The notes under the pieces: model-generated
Database searches by the model: none
What the model saw: the letters and a program-made list of their open reading frames with translations, nothing else
What the model was told of the DNA's origin: nothing
From: an uncultured Sedimentitalea sp.
GTDB taxonomy: Bacteria > Pseudomonadota > Alphaproteobacteria > Rhodobacterales > Rhodobacteraceae
Assembly: GCA_947504115.1 (NCBI GenBank)
Contig: CANNGH010000007.1
Span: 61,904 to 125,903, forward strand
Direction of reading: 5' to 3'
DNA length: 64,000 nucleotides
Position numbers and translations under genes: made by a program
Part shown: piece after piece, positions 8,007 to 18,235 of the stretch
How positions within the stretch are numbered: position 1 is the first letter of the stretch
Layout of the letters: the number at the start of each line of letters is the position of its first letter

Positions 8007-10169
8007 ATGCAGTCCGCCCCTCTTCCCAAAACCCATGACGTCGTGCTTGTCGGTGGCGGGCATTGTCACGCGCTGGTTCTGCGCCGCTGGGGCATGCGAC
8101 CGCTGCCCGGCGCGCGGCTGACGCTGATCGACCCCGGCGCAACGGCGGCCTATTCCGGGATGCTGCCGGGTCATGTCGCGGGACATTACGACCGCGACAC
8201 ACTGGATATCGACCTGATCCGGCTGGCCCGATTCGCAGCGGCCCGGATCGTGCTGGGCGCGGCGCATCATATAGACCTCGCCCGGCGCGAGGTTCTGGTC
8301 GCGGGCCGCCCGCCCATCGGTTTCGATCTGTGTTCGGTGGATGTGGGCATCACCTCGGACATGCCGGATCTGCCGGGTTTCGCCCAACATGCCGTTCCCG
8401 CCAAACCGTTGGGGCCGTTCGCGGCGCGATGGGACCGGTTTCTGGCGCAAGGTGGCGGCGATGCCGCGGTGATCGGCGCGGGCGTTGCGGGGGCGGAACT
8501 GGCCATGGCGATGGCGCACCGGCTGCGCGCCACGCGGCAGAGGGGCACGGTGACCCTGATCGACAGCGCCCGTGCCCTGTCCGAACCCGGAGCCCGCGCG
8601 CGGCGGACGATCCTGTCGCGGATGCGCCAACTGGATATCGCGCTGGTCGAGCAGGCCGACATTTCCCGTATAACGCCCGAGCATATCGAACTGGACGATG
8701 GCCGCCGCATCCCGTCCCGCTTCACCACCGGGGCGGCGGGCGCCCGCGCCTATCGCTGGATCGCCGACACCGGGCTGGACCTGCATCAGGGTTTCATTTC
8801 CGTCCGGCCGACGCTGCAATCTTCGGATCCCGCCATCTTCGCCGTCGGCGATTGCGCCCATATGCGCGACACCCCCCGCCCCAAGGCCGGGGTTTACGCG
8901 GTGCGGCAGGCGCCGGTGCTGTATGACAATCTTGTCGCCAGCCTGACGGGCGGAAGATTGCGGACATATCGCCCGCAAAAGAACTATCTCAAGCTGATCT
9001 CGTTGGGCCGCAAGCAGGCGGTGGGCGAACGGTTCGGTCTGACCTTCAGCGGCGCGTTGATGTGGCGCTGGAAGGATCACATCGACCGGAAATTCATGGA
9101 CAGGTTCCGCAATCTGCCCCGGATGCCCGCGCCCGACCTGCCCGCGCTTCACACCACGGGTCTGCGCGAGGTGCTGGGCGACAAGCCGCTATGCGGTGGA
9201 TGCGGTGCCAAGGTGGGGCGCGAGGCGCTGCGCGGCGCATTGGCGCCCCATGCCGGAACGCTGCGCGATGACATCACGCCGCTGCCCGGTGACGACGCCG
9301 CGCTGCTGCATGTGGGCGGCGCGCGGCTGGTGCTGACCTCGGACCATCTGCGCGCGTTTTCCAACGATCCGGTTGTGATGACCCGGATCGCCGCCATTCA
9401 TGCGCTGGGCGATATCTGGGCGATGGGGGCCGCGCCGCAGGCGGCCACGACCAGCCTCATCCTGCCGCGCCTGTCGCCCGATCTGCAACGCCGCACGCTG
9501 GCCGAGATCACCGCCACCGCCAACGAAACCCTGCGCGCCGCCGGGGCCGAGATCGTCGGCGGTCATACCACCATCGGCGATGAAATGACCATCGGGTTCA
9601 CCATCACTGGCCTGTGCGACCGCGATCCGATCACGCTGGCCGGCGCGCGCGCGGGCGACGCGCTGATCCTGACCAAACCGCTGGGCATCGGCGTGTTGAT
9701 GGCCGCCGAGATGGCGGGCCGCGCCAAGGGCCGCTGGATCGCCGCCGCGCTGGATCACATGACACGCCCGCAGGGCGATGCCGCGCGCGTGCTGGCGGAT
9801 GCCCATGCCATGACCGACGTGACCGGCTTCGGTCTGGCCGGGCATCTGCTGGGCATGTGCGAGGCATCGGGGCTGGGTGTGCGGCTTGGCATTGACGCGA
9901 TTCCGATGCTGGATGGCGCGCCCGAACTGGCCGATTGCGGCATCCGCTCGACCCTGTTTCCGCAAAACCGGGCGCTGGTGCCGGATCTGCCGGAGGGCGG
10001 ACGGGCCGACCTGCTGTTCGACCCGCAGACCGCCGGCGGATTGTTGGCCGCTGTCGCGCCCGATGGGGCCGACGCGCTGGTCGCGGCGCTGCGCGATCAG
10101 GGCCATGACGCGGCACGGATCGGTGTGCTGACCGGAGGGCCGGTGCGGATCACGCCCGAAGGGGTGTGA
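8007..10169 (+). CDS. selD: bifunctional FAD-dependent pyridine-nucleotide-disulfide oxidoreductase / selenide, water dikinase (SelD fusion)
   Basis: ORF 7821..10169 trimmed to ATG 8007 (MQSAPLPKTHDVVLVGGGHCHALVL, a Rossmann GxGxxH/G motif). A second dinucleotide motif is AAVIGAGVAGAELA. The C-terminal half is SelD, with the active-site loop LCGGCGAKVG (Cys codons TGC at 9192 and 9201, so not Sec) followed by AIR-synthase-like domains. Confidence 0.85.
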   Translation: MQSAPLPKTHDVVLVGGGHCHALVLRRWGMRPLPGARLTLIDPGATAAYSGMLPGHVAGHYDRDTLDIDLIRLARFAAARIVLGAAHHIDLARREVLVAGRPPIGFDLCSVDVGITSDMPDLPGFAQHAVPAKPLGPFAARWDRFLAQGGGDAAVIGAGVAGAELAMAMAHRLRATRQRGTVTLIDSARALSEPGARARRTILSRMRQLDIALVEQADISRITPEHIELDDGRRIPSRFTTGAAGARAYRWIADTGLDLHQGFISVRPTLQSSDPAIFAVGDCAHMRDTPRPKAGVYAVRQAPVLYDNLVASLTGGRLRTYRPQKNYLKLISLGRKQAVGERFGLTFSGALMWRWKDHIDRKFMDRFRNLPRMPAPDLPALHTTGLREVLGDKPLCGGCGAKVGREALRGALAPHAGTLRDDITPLPGDDAALLHVGGARLVLTSDHLRAFSNDPVVMTRIAAIHALGDIWAMGAAPQAATTSLILPRLSPDLQRRTLAEITATANETLRAAGAEIVGGHTTIGDEMTIGFTITGLCDRDPITLAGARAGDALILTKPLGIGVLMAAEMAGRAKGRWIAAALDHMTRPQGDAARVLADAHAMTDVTGFGLAGHLLGMCEASGLGVRLGIDAIPMLDGAPELADCGIRSTLFPQNRALVPDLPEGGRADLLFDPQTAGGLLAAVAPDGADALVAALRDQGHDAARIGVLTGGPVRITPEGV

Positions 10170-11214
10170 GTTCCGCCAATGCCGCCTCGATCCGCGCGGC
10201 CAAGGTGATCAATCCCGCATCGTCCAGACTGTCCGCCTCGATCCGCGCCAGAAGCGGCGCATCGTCGTGGCGCGATTTCGAATAGGACGGATCGTAATGC
10301 TGCTCCATCAGCGCGCGGGTCAGCGCGTGGCGGTCATCTGCGTCGATCAGGGCGAACCAGTGATCCACGACCGCATGGCCCCGATGGGGGCGCAGCCAGT
10401 CCAGCCTGGCCTTGAGGCGCGGCGCATCGGACAGGATGTCGTCGTAGGCCTGCACCAGAAATGCCGCGCGCGCGTCGACCGGCGCGGCAACGCGGATACG
10501 CGGGGCGGATTTCATCGCGGCCCACAGGCCGGGCGGAACGATCCGCTCGCCGATCTTGCTCGATTCCGCCTCGATCACTACGGGCCGCGCCGGATCGAGC
10601 GCCGACAGCGCGATCGCCAACCGTGTCTCGAAGGCCTTCTGGCTGGGCTGCCCGCCCGCATATTCTCCCAGAAGCGAGCCGCGATGGTTCGCCAGCCCTT
10701 CCAGATCGACGATCTGCACCCCGCGCGCCTGCAACAGATGCAAAAGCGCGGTCTTCGCGGTGCCGGTATAGCCGTCCAAGGCGACAAGGCGGTGCGGCAG
10801 GACGGTGTCGTAAAGATATCGCTTCACCAGCCGGCGCCAGGTCCGGTAACCGCCCTCGACGGTCTCGGCACGCCAGCCGATCTCGCGCAGCATCCACGCG
10901 AACGCGCCCGACCGCTGCCCGCCGCGCCAGCAATAGACCAGCGGCCGCCAGCCGCCATCATGGTCGCGCAGAGCGGTTTCGATATGATGGGCGGCGTTGT
11001 GGAACACCAGCGCCGCACCGATCTTGCGGGCCAGAAACGGGCTTTGCTGTTTGTAGATCGTGCCGACGCGGGCGCGTTCTGCGTTGTCCAGCACCGGCAG
11101 GTTGATCGCGCCGGGCAAGTGATCCTCGGCGTATTCGGCGGGGCTGCGCACGTCGATCAGGGTATCGAACCCGTGGTCCAGCAACGCGGCGAGGGACGTG
11201 TATTCCAGCGACAT
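10150..11214 (-). CDS. selU: tRNA 2-selenouridine synthase (SelU/MnmH/YbbB)
   Basis: 354 aa. It has an N-terminal rhodanese domain with the CWRGGQRS active-site loop, and a P-loop-like GYTGTAKT. Its 3' end overlaps the convergent selD by 20 nt. Confidence 0.9.
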   Translation of the reverse strand: MSLEYTSLAALLDHGFDTLIDVRSPAEYAEDHLPGAINLPVLDNAERARVGTIYKQQSPFLARKIGAALVFHNAAHHIETALRDHDGGWRPLVYCWRGGQRSGAFAWMLREIGWRAETVEGGYRTWRRLVKRYLYDTVLPHRLVALDGYTGTAKTALLHLLQARGVQIVDLEGLANHRGSLLGEYAGGQPSQKAFETRLAIALSALDPARPVVIEAESSKIGERIVPPGLWAAMKSAPRIRVAAPVDARAAFLVQAYDDILSDAPRLKARLDWLRPHRGHAVVDHWFALIDADDRHALTRALMEQHYDPSYSKSRHDDAPLLARIEADSLDDAGLITLAARIEAALAELTPLRA

Positions 11215-11314
11215 GGCGGATGATCTATAACGCGGCGGCGGTCGCGTCCATCGGAACCGTCGCGGCCATCCCTGTCCGCTTGACGCCGGAGAGGGCGCGG
11301 GGCATCACGTTGTC

Positions 11315-11653
11315 ATGTTGATCTACAAGATACTGCACGGCGATGAATGGGCCGACTTGCAGGCGCAGGGCGAAACCGCAGGTGCGCCGGTGGACGTGGC
11401 CGACGGGTTCGTGCATTTCTCGACCGCAGCGCAAGCCGCTGAAACGGCGGCGAAACATTTCGCCGGGGCCGAGGGGCTGACGCTGCTGGCGGTGCGGGCA
11501 GACCTCTTGGGCGATGCGCTGAAATGGGAGGAATCGCGCGGCGGCGCGCTATTCCCGCATCTTTACCGCAAGCTGCGTCTGACGGATGTGGCATGGACCC
11601 GACCGCTGCCGCTGGTCGATGGCGCGCACCGGTTTCCGGACGAGATGGCATGA
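11315..11653 (+). CDS. DUF952 domain-containing protein
   Basis: 112 aa. Contains the MLIYKIL…W…DGFVHFST..Q…[15 protein letters not shown] pattern typical of DUF952. Confidence 0.75.
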   Translation: MLIYKILHGDEWADLQAQGETAGAPVDVADGFVHFSTAAQAAETAAKHFAGAEGLTLLAVRADLLGDALKWEESRGGALFPHLYRKLRLTDVAWTRPLPLVDGAHRFPDEMA

Positions 11654-12708
11654 GCATCATCGAACGCGCCGGGCTGGCGGTTCTGCACCGGCTGAACCCG
11701 GAGACCGCTCACGGGCTGGCGCTGCGGGGGCTGCGCGCCGGGCTGGTGCCGCTTCCGGGGCCGGTCACTTCGGATCGGCTGCGAACGAAACTGGCGGGGC
11801 TCGACCTGCCCAACCCGGTCGGGCTGGCCGCCGGGTTCGACAAGAACGCCGAGGCGCTGGCACAACTGACGCGCGCCGGGTTCGGCTTTGTCGAGGTGGG
11901 CGCCGCCACGCCGCGCCCGCAATCGGGCAATGCACGTCCGCGCCTGTTCCGGCTGGATCAGGACCGCGCGGTGATCAACCGGTTCGGGTTCAACAATGAC
12001 GGGATGCAGGCCATCGGCGCGCGGCTGGCGCGGCGGCCCCGCGAGGGCGTGATCGGTCTGAACCTCGGGGCCAACAAGGATAGCAAGGACCGCCGGACGG
12101 ATTTCGCGCAGGTGCTGGCGCATTGCGGCGAATCGCTGGATTTCGCCACGGTCAACGTCTCCTCGCCCAATACCGAGAACCTGCGCGATCTTCAGGGCAA
12201 GGCCGCGCTGGCCGATCTGCTGGGCGGTGTGATCGAGGCCCGCGACGCGCTGGAATGCCCGATCCCGATCTTCCTCAAGATCGCCCCGGACCTGAGCGAA
12301 GGCGCCCTGTCGGACATCGCCGAGGTGGCGCGGCAATCGGGCATCGCCGCGATCATCGCCACGAACACGACACTGGCGCGCGACGGGCTGCACGGCCCGC
12401 ACCGGGACGAGGCCGGCGGGCTGTCGGGCGCACCGCTGTTCGACCGTTCGACCCGCGTTCTCGCGCAACTTTCGCTGCTGACCGAGGGGCGGATTCCGCT
12501 GATCGGCGTCGGTGGCATTTCCTCGGCCGAGGATGCCTATGCCAAGATCGGTGCGGGCGCGTCGGCCGTGCAGCTTTATACCGCGCTCGTCTATGACGGG
12601 CTGGGGCTGGCCGCGCGCATCGCGCATGGGCTGGACGATCTTCTGGAACGCGACGGTTTCGCCAATGTGGCGCAGGCGGTCGGCAGCACACGGCTGGAAT
12701 GGACATGA
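11650..12708 (+). CDS. pyrD: dihydroorotate dehydrogenase (quinone), class 2
   Basis: ORF 11524..12708 trimmed to ATG 11650 ([25 protein letters not shown]...), which overlaps the upstream stop as ATGA. PyrD blocks present: [30 protein letters not shown]. Confidence 0.9.
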   Translation: MSIIERAGLAVLHRLNPETAHGLALRGLRAGLVPLPGPVTSDRLRTKLAGLDLPNPVGLAAGFDKNAEALAQLTRAGFGFVEVGAATPRPQSGNARPRLFRLDQDRAVINRFGFNNDGMQAIGARLARRPREGVIGLNLGANKDSKDRRTDFAQVLAHCGESLDFATVNVSSPNTENLRDLQGKAALADLLGGVIEARDALECPIPIFLKIAPDLSEGALSDIAEVARQSGIAAIIATNTTLARDGLHGPHRDEAGGLSGAPLFDRSTRVLAQLSLLTEGRIPLIGVGGISSAEDAYAKIGAGASAVQLYTALVYDGLGLAARIAHGLDDLLERDGFANVAQAVGSTRLEWT

Positions 12709-13049
12709 TCGAATTGTGGCACAACCCGCGCTGTTCCAAATCGCGGCAGGCGCTGGCGCTTCTTGAGGAACGCGGCGCGGGTGTTTCCCTGCGCCGCTAT
12801 CTCGACGATGCCCCCACCCGTGACGAGATCGTCGCCGCGTGGCGGGCTCTGGGCCAACCGCCGGTGGCGCAGATGATGCGCATGGGCGAGGCGCGGTTCA
12901 GGGAACTGGGGCTGTCGGCCTCCGACCCCGATGACCGACTGCTGGACGCCATGGCCGCGAACCCCATCCTGATCGAACGCCCGCTGGCGATCCGGGGCGG
13001 GCGCGCGGTGATCGGACGGCCGCCGGAGAAGGTGCTGGACCTGCTATAA
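12699..13049 (+). CDS. arsC: arsenate reductase (glutaredoxin-coupled ArsC family)
   Basis: 116 aa. [16 protein letters not shown] matches the HNP.C..SR catalytic-Cys motif of R773-type ArsC, and the C-terminus shows PILIERP…GRP. The start could be ATG 12699 or 12705. Confidence 0.8.
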   Translation: MDMIELWHNPRCSKSRQALALLEERGAGVSLRRYLDDAPTRDEIVAAWRALGQPPVAQMMRMGEARFRELGLSASDPDDRLLDAMAANPILIERPLAIRGGRAVIGRPPEKVLDLL

Positions 13050-14372
13050 CGCGCCCAGTTCCGCCGCCCGCTCCAGCGCCGGATAGCGCAGCGCCAGCGT
13101 AAGCGCGCGCAGCACATAGGACAGCAGCAGCGCGATCCATAACCCGTGATTGCCGTAGAGCGGCACCAGAACCAGCACGGCCAGCCCGTAGGCCAGCACC
13201 GAAAGCACCGCCATGTTGCGCATGTCCCGCGTGCGGGTCGCGCCGATGAAGATGCCGTCCAGCATCCAGCTTGCCACGCCCAGAAGCGGCACCAGAAGCA
13301 GATAGGGCAGATAGATCCGCGCCTCGGCCCGCACGTTGGCAGCCTTGGCCATCACATCGACGATGGCGCCGCCTCCGACCGAAAAGGCCAGCGTCAGCAG
13401 CGCGACACCGACCAGCGCCCAGAAGGTCGACACCGCGATGCCGCGCCGCATGCGCGTGACATTGGCCGCACCCACCGCCTGCCCGACCAGCGCCTCGGTC
13501 GAAAAGGCGAACCCGTCCAGCACGTAGGCGGTCAGTGTCACGAATTGCAGCAGGACCTGATTGGCCGCCAGCGTGACGTCTCCGAACCCCGAGGCCAGGA
13601 ACAGGAACGACACCATGACCCCCATCAGCATCAGCGAGCGGATCAGGATGTCGGTATTCACCGCCAGCATCCGTTTCAACCGCACGGCATCGAAGATGCG
13701 CGGCCAGTCGCGCCATGCCGGGCCGGAAAAGGCATCGCGGCACAGCCAGAGCGCCAGCGCCAGTCCCGACCATTCGGCAAGGAACGTGGCCAGCGCCACG
13801 CCCTGCACACCCCAGCCGAGGCCCAGCACGAACCACAGGTCCAGCGCGATGTTCAGCCCGTTCATCCACAGTTGCAGGCCCAGAACGCCGCGGGTGCGTT
13901 CCAGCGCGATCAGCCAGCCAGTGACCCCGAAGATGGCGATCGCTGCCGGGGCCGACCAGACGCGGATCGCCATGTAGCCGCGCGCCAGGTCCTCGACCTC
14001 GGCGCTGGCGGGCGAGAGGCGGAACGCGCCCGCGAACAGCGGGTATTGCAGCGCGATGATCACCAGCCCGCCCAGCCCGCCAATCAGGATCGAGCGGACC
14101 AGCAGCGCCGTCACCTCGCCGCTGCGCCCGGCCCCGTGCGCCTGTCCGGTCAGCCCCGTTGTGCCCATGCGCAGAAAGCCGAACACCCAGTAGATCGACG
14201 TGATGATGATCGCACCGATCCCGACCGCGCCGATGGGGGCGGCAAGGCCGATCTGGCCGACCACGCCGGTATCGACCAGCCCGAGGATCGGCACCGTGGC
14301 GTTGGCCAGGACGATGGGCAGCGCGATCTTCAGGACACGGAAATGGGTGATCGGCGGCGCGGCCTCAGCCAC
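13044..14372 (-). CDS. MATE family efflux transporter
   Basis: 442-aa twelve-TM-type ORF with a GTG start. The N-terminus (LKIALPIVLANATVPILGLVDTGVVGQ) is typical of MATE/DinF proteins. Confidence 0.85.
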   Translation of the reverse strand: MAEAAPPITHFRVLKIALPIVLANATVPILGLVDTGVVGQIGLAAPIGAVGIGAIIITSIYWVFGFLRMGTTGLTGQAHGAGRSGEVTALLVRSILIGGLGGLVIIALQYPLFAGAFRLSPASAEVEDLARGYMAIRVWSAPAAIAIFGVTGWLIALERTRGVLGLQLWMNGLNIALDLWFVLGLGWGVQGVALATFLAEWSGLALALWLCRDAFSGPAWRDWPRIFDAVRLKRMLAVNTDILIRSLMLMGVMVSFLFLASGFGDVTLAANQVLLQFVTLTAYVLDGFAFSTEALVGQAVGAANVTRMRRGIAVSTFWALVGVALLTLAFSVGGGAIVDVMAKAANVRAEARIYLPYLLLVPLLGVASWMLDGIFIGATRTRDMRNMAVLSVLAYGLAVLVLVPLYGNHGLWIALLLSYVLRALTLALRYPALERAAELGAL

Positions 14373-14883
14373 CTTTCGAATCCTGCGGCGGCATCAGGAA
14401 ATGCCCGGCCGCCTGCGCGAAGGGCTTGTCGCGGTGGTCCTGCCATGCCTCGACCCGCACCGTCGCGTAACGCCGCCCCGAGCGGCTGACGATGGCGCGG
14501 GCATAGGCATCGCGCGGCAGGCCGGGCCGCAGGTAATTGACGGTGAAGTCAATCGTCTTGGGCAGGCGCGGCAGATCACCGGCCTGCATCCGCGCCGGGT
14601 CGATCTCGCGCGCGTCGATGGCAGGCAGCACGAATGTCCAGCTGAGCGTGATGATCGCCGTCATCTCCAGAAACGCCGCCGTTACACCGCCGTGGATCGC
14701 CGGCAGGATCGGGTTGCCGATCAGCTTGTCGTCGAAATGGAGAACGCCGGTCAGTTCGTCGCCGCGTCGGTCGAAACCGATGCCCAGAAATTGCGCATAG
14801 GGCACGCCGGTCACCAGCGCCGCAAGCGCGGCATCGCGGCGCTGCTTGACCACTTGCGCCGGTTCGGGTCGGGGGCGGGCCAT
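14365..14883 (-). CDS. PaaI-family hotdog-fold thioesterase
   Basis: 172 aa. …YAQFLGIGFD…LIGNPILPAIHGGVTAAFLEMTA…DFTVNYLRPG… matches the 4HBT/PaaI family. Confidence 0.8.
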   Translation of the reverse strand: MARPRPEPAQVVKQRRDAALAALVTGVPYAQFLGIGFDRRGDELTGVLHFDDKLIGNPILPAIHGGVTAAFLEMTAIITLSWTFVLPAIDAREIDPARMQAGDLPRLPKTIDFTVNYLRPGLPRDAYARAIVSRSGRRYATVRVEAWQDHRDKPFAQAAGHFLMPPQDSKGG

Positions 14884-15299
14884 CAGGACTGCCCGACCGT
14901 GAAGGCCCCGGTGGCGGCGGCGACGGGGCGGTCGGTGTCGTCATCCACGGCCGTGGCACGCACAAACGCGACCGAGCGCGTGATGTGATAACAGGTAGCC
15001 GTCGCCACGATCGTCTGACCGGGATTGGCCGCGCGCATGTAGTCGATGCGCAGATCGATGGTCGCGGTGGCACCGGGGGCGGCAGGATGACTCATGACCG
15101 CGGCACCGCAACAGGTGTCCATCACCGCGGAAACCGCGCCGCCGCTGATCACCCCGGTCTTGGGTTCGCCGATCAGCTTTTCGTCATAGGGCATGGCGAT
15201 CACCGCCCGCCCCTCGCCCAGTTCGGTCAGTTCCATGCCCAGCGCGCGGGCATGCGGGATCGCGGCGATGAACTGCTGTGCGAATTTGACCTTGTCCAT
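14883..15299 (-). CDS. PaaI-family hotdog-fold thioesterase (second, tandem copy)
   Basis: ORF 14883..15764 trimmed to ATG 15299 (MDKVKFAQQFIAAIPHARALGMELTELGEGRAVIAMPYDEKLIGEPKTGVISGGAVSAVMDT…IDLRIDYMR). Confidence 0.8.
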   Translation of the reverse strand: MDKVKFAQQFIAAIPHARALGMELTELGEGRAVIAMPYDEKLIGEPKTGVISGGAVSAVMDTCCGAAVMSHPAAPGATATIDLRIDYMRAANPGQTIVATATCYHITRSVAFVRATAVDDDTDRPVAAATGAFTVGQS

Positions 15300-15419
15300 C
15301 GGATACGGACTCCTGCGCCTGTTCGCCGCCTTTATGGCCACGCGCGCCTTGGGGAACAAGCCCGCCTGTTGCGGATGACGCCGCGACAGCATAGATTGCG
15401 CATAGTGATCGGAGAGCGA

Positions 15420-15788
15420 ATGCCTGACAATCATCTGTCGTTCAAGGAAATGTGCGCAGCGTTCGATGTCACCCCGCGCACCCTGCGCTATTATGAATAT
15501 ATCGAACTGCTCCACCCCGACCGCGACGGACGCACGCGCAGCTATGGGCCACGCGAACAGGCCCGCATGACGCTGATCCTGCGCGGGCGAAAATACGGCT
15601 TTCAGCTGGAGGAAATCCGCCAGTGGCTCTTGATCTACGAAAACGAAGGCACCACGGCGCAAATGCGGGCATTCGTCGAGATGGCGGACCGCCAGATGGT
15701 CGCCCTGCAGGAGCAGCGCGCGCAACTGGACGAGGCGATGGAGGAGTTGCGCAGCCTGCGCCAATCGACCGCCAAAACGCTGGGCTGA
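15420..15788 (+). CDS. MerR family transcriptional regulator
   Basis: ORF 14985..15788 trimmed to ATG 15420 (MPDNHLSFKEMCAAFDVTPRTLRYYEYIELLHPDRDG…). A MerR HTH is followed by a coiled-coil. Confidence 0.8.
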   Translation: MPDNHLSFKEMCAAFDVTPRTLRYYEYIELLHPDRDGRTRSYGPREQARMTLILRGRKYGFQLEEIRQWLLIYENEGTTAQMRAFVEMADRQMVALQEQRAQLDEAMEELRSLRQSTAKTLG

Positions 15789-15964
15789 CGGCTGGTCCGG
15801 CCGAAAATCGCGGCCGCATTCATGCGCAACAGGCTTGACGTGGATTTTGTCTGCGTCAATCTGTCCGTGACGTGACGTCCCTGTTACGTCAACGTGGCGG
15901 GTTGTTGCAAATATCCCGGCACACCCTCAGATGTTATTGTAACCATGACGATGAAAGACTTTCC

Positions 15965-16366
15965 ATGACCGACGAGTTGATGACGATCCGCGCGATGTGC
16001 GACGCCTTTGATGTCACCCCGCGCACCCTGAGATTTTATGAATCCAAGGAATTGCTGTTCCCGATCCGCGAGGGACAGAAACGCCTGTTCACCAAAACCG
16101 ACCGCGCGCGGCTGAAGCTGATCCTGCGCGGCAAGCGGTTCGGTTTCGGCCTTGAGGAGATCCGCCAGCTTCTGGACCTCTATTATGTCGGCGATCAGCA
16201 GCACACGCAGCTCAGCCGCACCTATGACATCGCGCGCGAGCGTCTGGCCGATCTGGAACGCCAGCGCGAGGAACTGGACGACGCGATCTCGGACCTCAAG
16301 GAACAGTTGAAATGGGGCGAACAGATGCTCGCCTCCGCCGCCTCGTCGAAAAAGGCAGCCGAATGA
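15965..16366 (+). CDS. MerR family transcriptional regulator (paralogue of 15420..15788)
   Basis: ORF 15872..16366 trimmed to ATG 15965 (MTDELMTIRAMCDAFDVTPRTLRFYESKELLFPIREGQKRLF…). It is collinear with the upstream MerR. Confidence 0.8.
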   Translation: MTDELMTIRAMCDAFDVTPRTLRFYESKELLFPIREGQKRLFTKTDRARLKLILRGKRFGFGLEEIRQLLDLYYVGDQQHTQLSRTYDIARERLADLERQREELDDAISDLKEQLKWGEQMLASAASSKKAAE

Positions 16367-16417
16367 TCCTGCCCGCCGTGAATTCCTGACACCTTCTGAT
16401 CCACTGGGAGAAACCGG

Positions 16418-18199
16418 ATGCCAAGCTATACCGCCCCGATCGACGACATGCAGTTCCTGTTGCACGATGTGCTTGAGGTGACCGGGTCGGACGTTCCCGG
16501 CTATGGCGATCTGGAACGCGAGTTCACCGCCGCCATTCTGGAAGAGGCCGGCAAGATCAGCGCCGAGGTTCTGCACCCGCTGAACGTGGTCGGCGACCGG
16601 CAGGGATGCCGCCTTGAAAACGGCGTGGTGCGCACGCCCGACGGGTTCAGGGACGCCTTCGACCAATTGCGCAACGGCGGATGGCCGGGGCTGGACATGC
16701 CTCAGCAATATGGCGGTCAGGGCATGCCCTATGTGATGAACAGCGCCGTGGGCGAGATGTTCAGCGCCGCCAACCAGTCGTTCGCCATGTATCAGGGCCT
16801 GACCCACGGCGCTGTCGCGGCGATCCTGACCCATGGCACCGACGCGCAAAAGGACATGTTCGTGCCGAAAATGGTCAGCTGCGAATGGACCGGCACCATG
16901 AACCTGACGGAACCGCAATGCGGCACCGATCTGGGCCTGATGCGCACGAAGGCGGAGCCGCAGGACGACGGGAGCTATGCGCTCACCGGGCAGAAGATCT
17001 TCATTTCGTCGGGCGAACACGACATGGCCGAGAACATTATCCACCTGGTGCTGGCCAAGATCCCCGGCGGCCCCGAGGGGATCAAGGGCGTTTCGCTGTT
17101 CATCGTGCCCAAGTTCCTCGTCAACGAGGACGGCAGCCTGGGCGATCGCAACGGCGTGGTCTGCAGCAGCCTCGAGGACAAGATGGGCATCCACGGCAAC
17201 GCCACCTGCGTGATGGATTACGACGGCGCGACGGGCTGGCTTCTGGGCGAGGAGCACAAGGGCATGCGCGCCATGTTCACCATGATGAACGAGGCGCGGC
17301 TGGGCGTCGGCATGCAGGGGCTGGCGCAGGCGGCAATCGCCTATCAGAACGCGGTGGATTACGCGAAGGACCGTTTGCAGGGTCGCGACGTGACCGGCGC
17401 GAAGAACCCCGACGGTCCGGCCGATCCGATCATCGTGCATCCCGACATCCGCCGCAGCCTGATGGACCAGCGGTCCTTCGTCGAGGGCGGCCGCGCCTTC
17501 CTGCTCTGGGGCGCCAGCCTGATCGACCGCGCCCACAGGGGCGAGGACACGGAGGCGGATGGCCTGATCTCGTTGCTGACGCCGGTGATCAAGGGCTTTC
17601 TGACCGACGAGGGCTTTGACATGACGGTCAAGGCGCAGCAGGTCTATGGTGGTCACGGCTATATCGAGGAATGGGGCATGTCGCAATTCGTCCGCGACGC
17701 CCGCATCGCCATGATCTACGAGGGCGCGAACGGCATCCAGGCGCTGGATCTGGTCGGCCGCAAGCTTGCGCTGGATGGCGGCAAGCACATGATGGGCTTC
17801 ATCGACCTGGTGAAAGGCTGGATCAAGGAAAACGGCGGGCAGGACGATGCCTTTGACCGCGATTTCGTCGAGCCGCTGAAAAAGGCCAGCAAGGATCTTC
17901 AGGCGGCGGGCATGTATTTCATGGCGCAGGGCATGAAGAACCCAAACGCCGCGCTGGCGGGTTCGACCGATTTCCTGCACCTGTTCGGCCATGTCTGTCT
18001 CGGGCTGATGTGGGCACGCATGGCAAAAGCCTCGCGCGACGCGCTGGCGGCGGGCGCGTCGGACACCGCGTTTCACGAGGCGAAGCTGACGACCGGGCGC
18101 TATTACATGGCCCGCCGTCTGCGCGCGACCGCGCTGCACCTGGCCCGCATCGAAAGCGGCGCCGATGCCGTGATGGCCCTCGATGCCGATCAATTCTGA
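16418..18199 (+). CDS. acyl-CoA dehydrogenase (long FadE-like form with C-terminal extension)
   Basis: 593 aa, with ATG 16418 preceded by GGGAG. ACAD N-terminal, middle and C-terminal domains are present (…[17 protein letters not shown]…, …[16 protein letters not shown]…). Confidence 0.9.
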   Translation: MPSYTAPIDDMQFLLHDVLEVTGSDVPGYGDLEREFTAAILEEAGKISAEVLHPLNVVGDRQGCRLENGVVRTPDGFRDAFDQLRNGGWPGLDMPQQYGGQGMPYVMNSAVGEMFSAANQSFAMYQGLTHGAVAAILTHGTDAQKDMFVPKMVSCEWTGTMNLTEPQCGTDLGLMRTKAEPQDDGSYALTGQKIFISSGEHDMAENIIHLVLAKIPGGPEGIKGVSLFIVPKFLVNEDGSLGDRNGVVCSSLEDKMGIHGNATCVMDYDGATGWLLGEEHKGMRAMFTMMNEARLGVGMQGLAQAAIAYQNAVDYAKDRLQGRDVTGAKNPDGPADPIIVHPDIRRSLMDQRSFVEGGRAFLLWGASLIDRAHRGEDTEADGLISLLTPVIKGFLTDEGFDMTVKAQQVYGGHGYIEEWGMSQFVRDARIAMIYEGANGIQALDLVGRKLALDGGKHMMGFIDLVKGWIKENGGQDDAFDRDFVEPLKKASKDLQAAGMYFMAQGMKNPNAALAGSTDFLHLFGHVCLGLMWARMAKASRDALAAGASDTAFHEAKLTTGRYYMARRLRATALHLARIESGADAVMALDADQF

Positions 18200-18235
18200 C
18201 CGCCGCCGCCCGACGGCACCTGCGGGAGCCTCCGG

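Noticed and set aside
7803-9152. 449-aa minus-strand ORF opposite the selD fusion, and the 7821..8006 N-terminal extension of the selD ORF
   Set aside because: The antisense product is low-complexity. The 62-aa extension would overlap the divergent DUF302 gene, and it precedes the Rossmann fold, which starts right after ATG 8007.
9192-9203. Possible selenocysteine (in-frame UGA) at the SelD active site
   Set aside because: Both active-site-loop codons are TGC (Cys) and there is no in-frame TGA. This is a Cys-type SelD, so no recoding or SECIS needs to be invoked.
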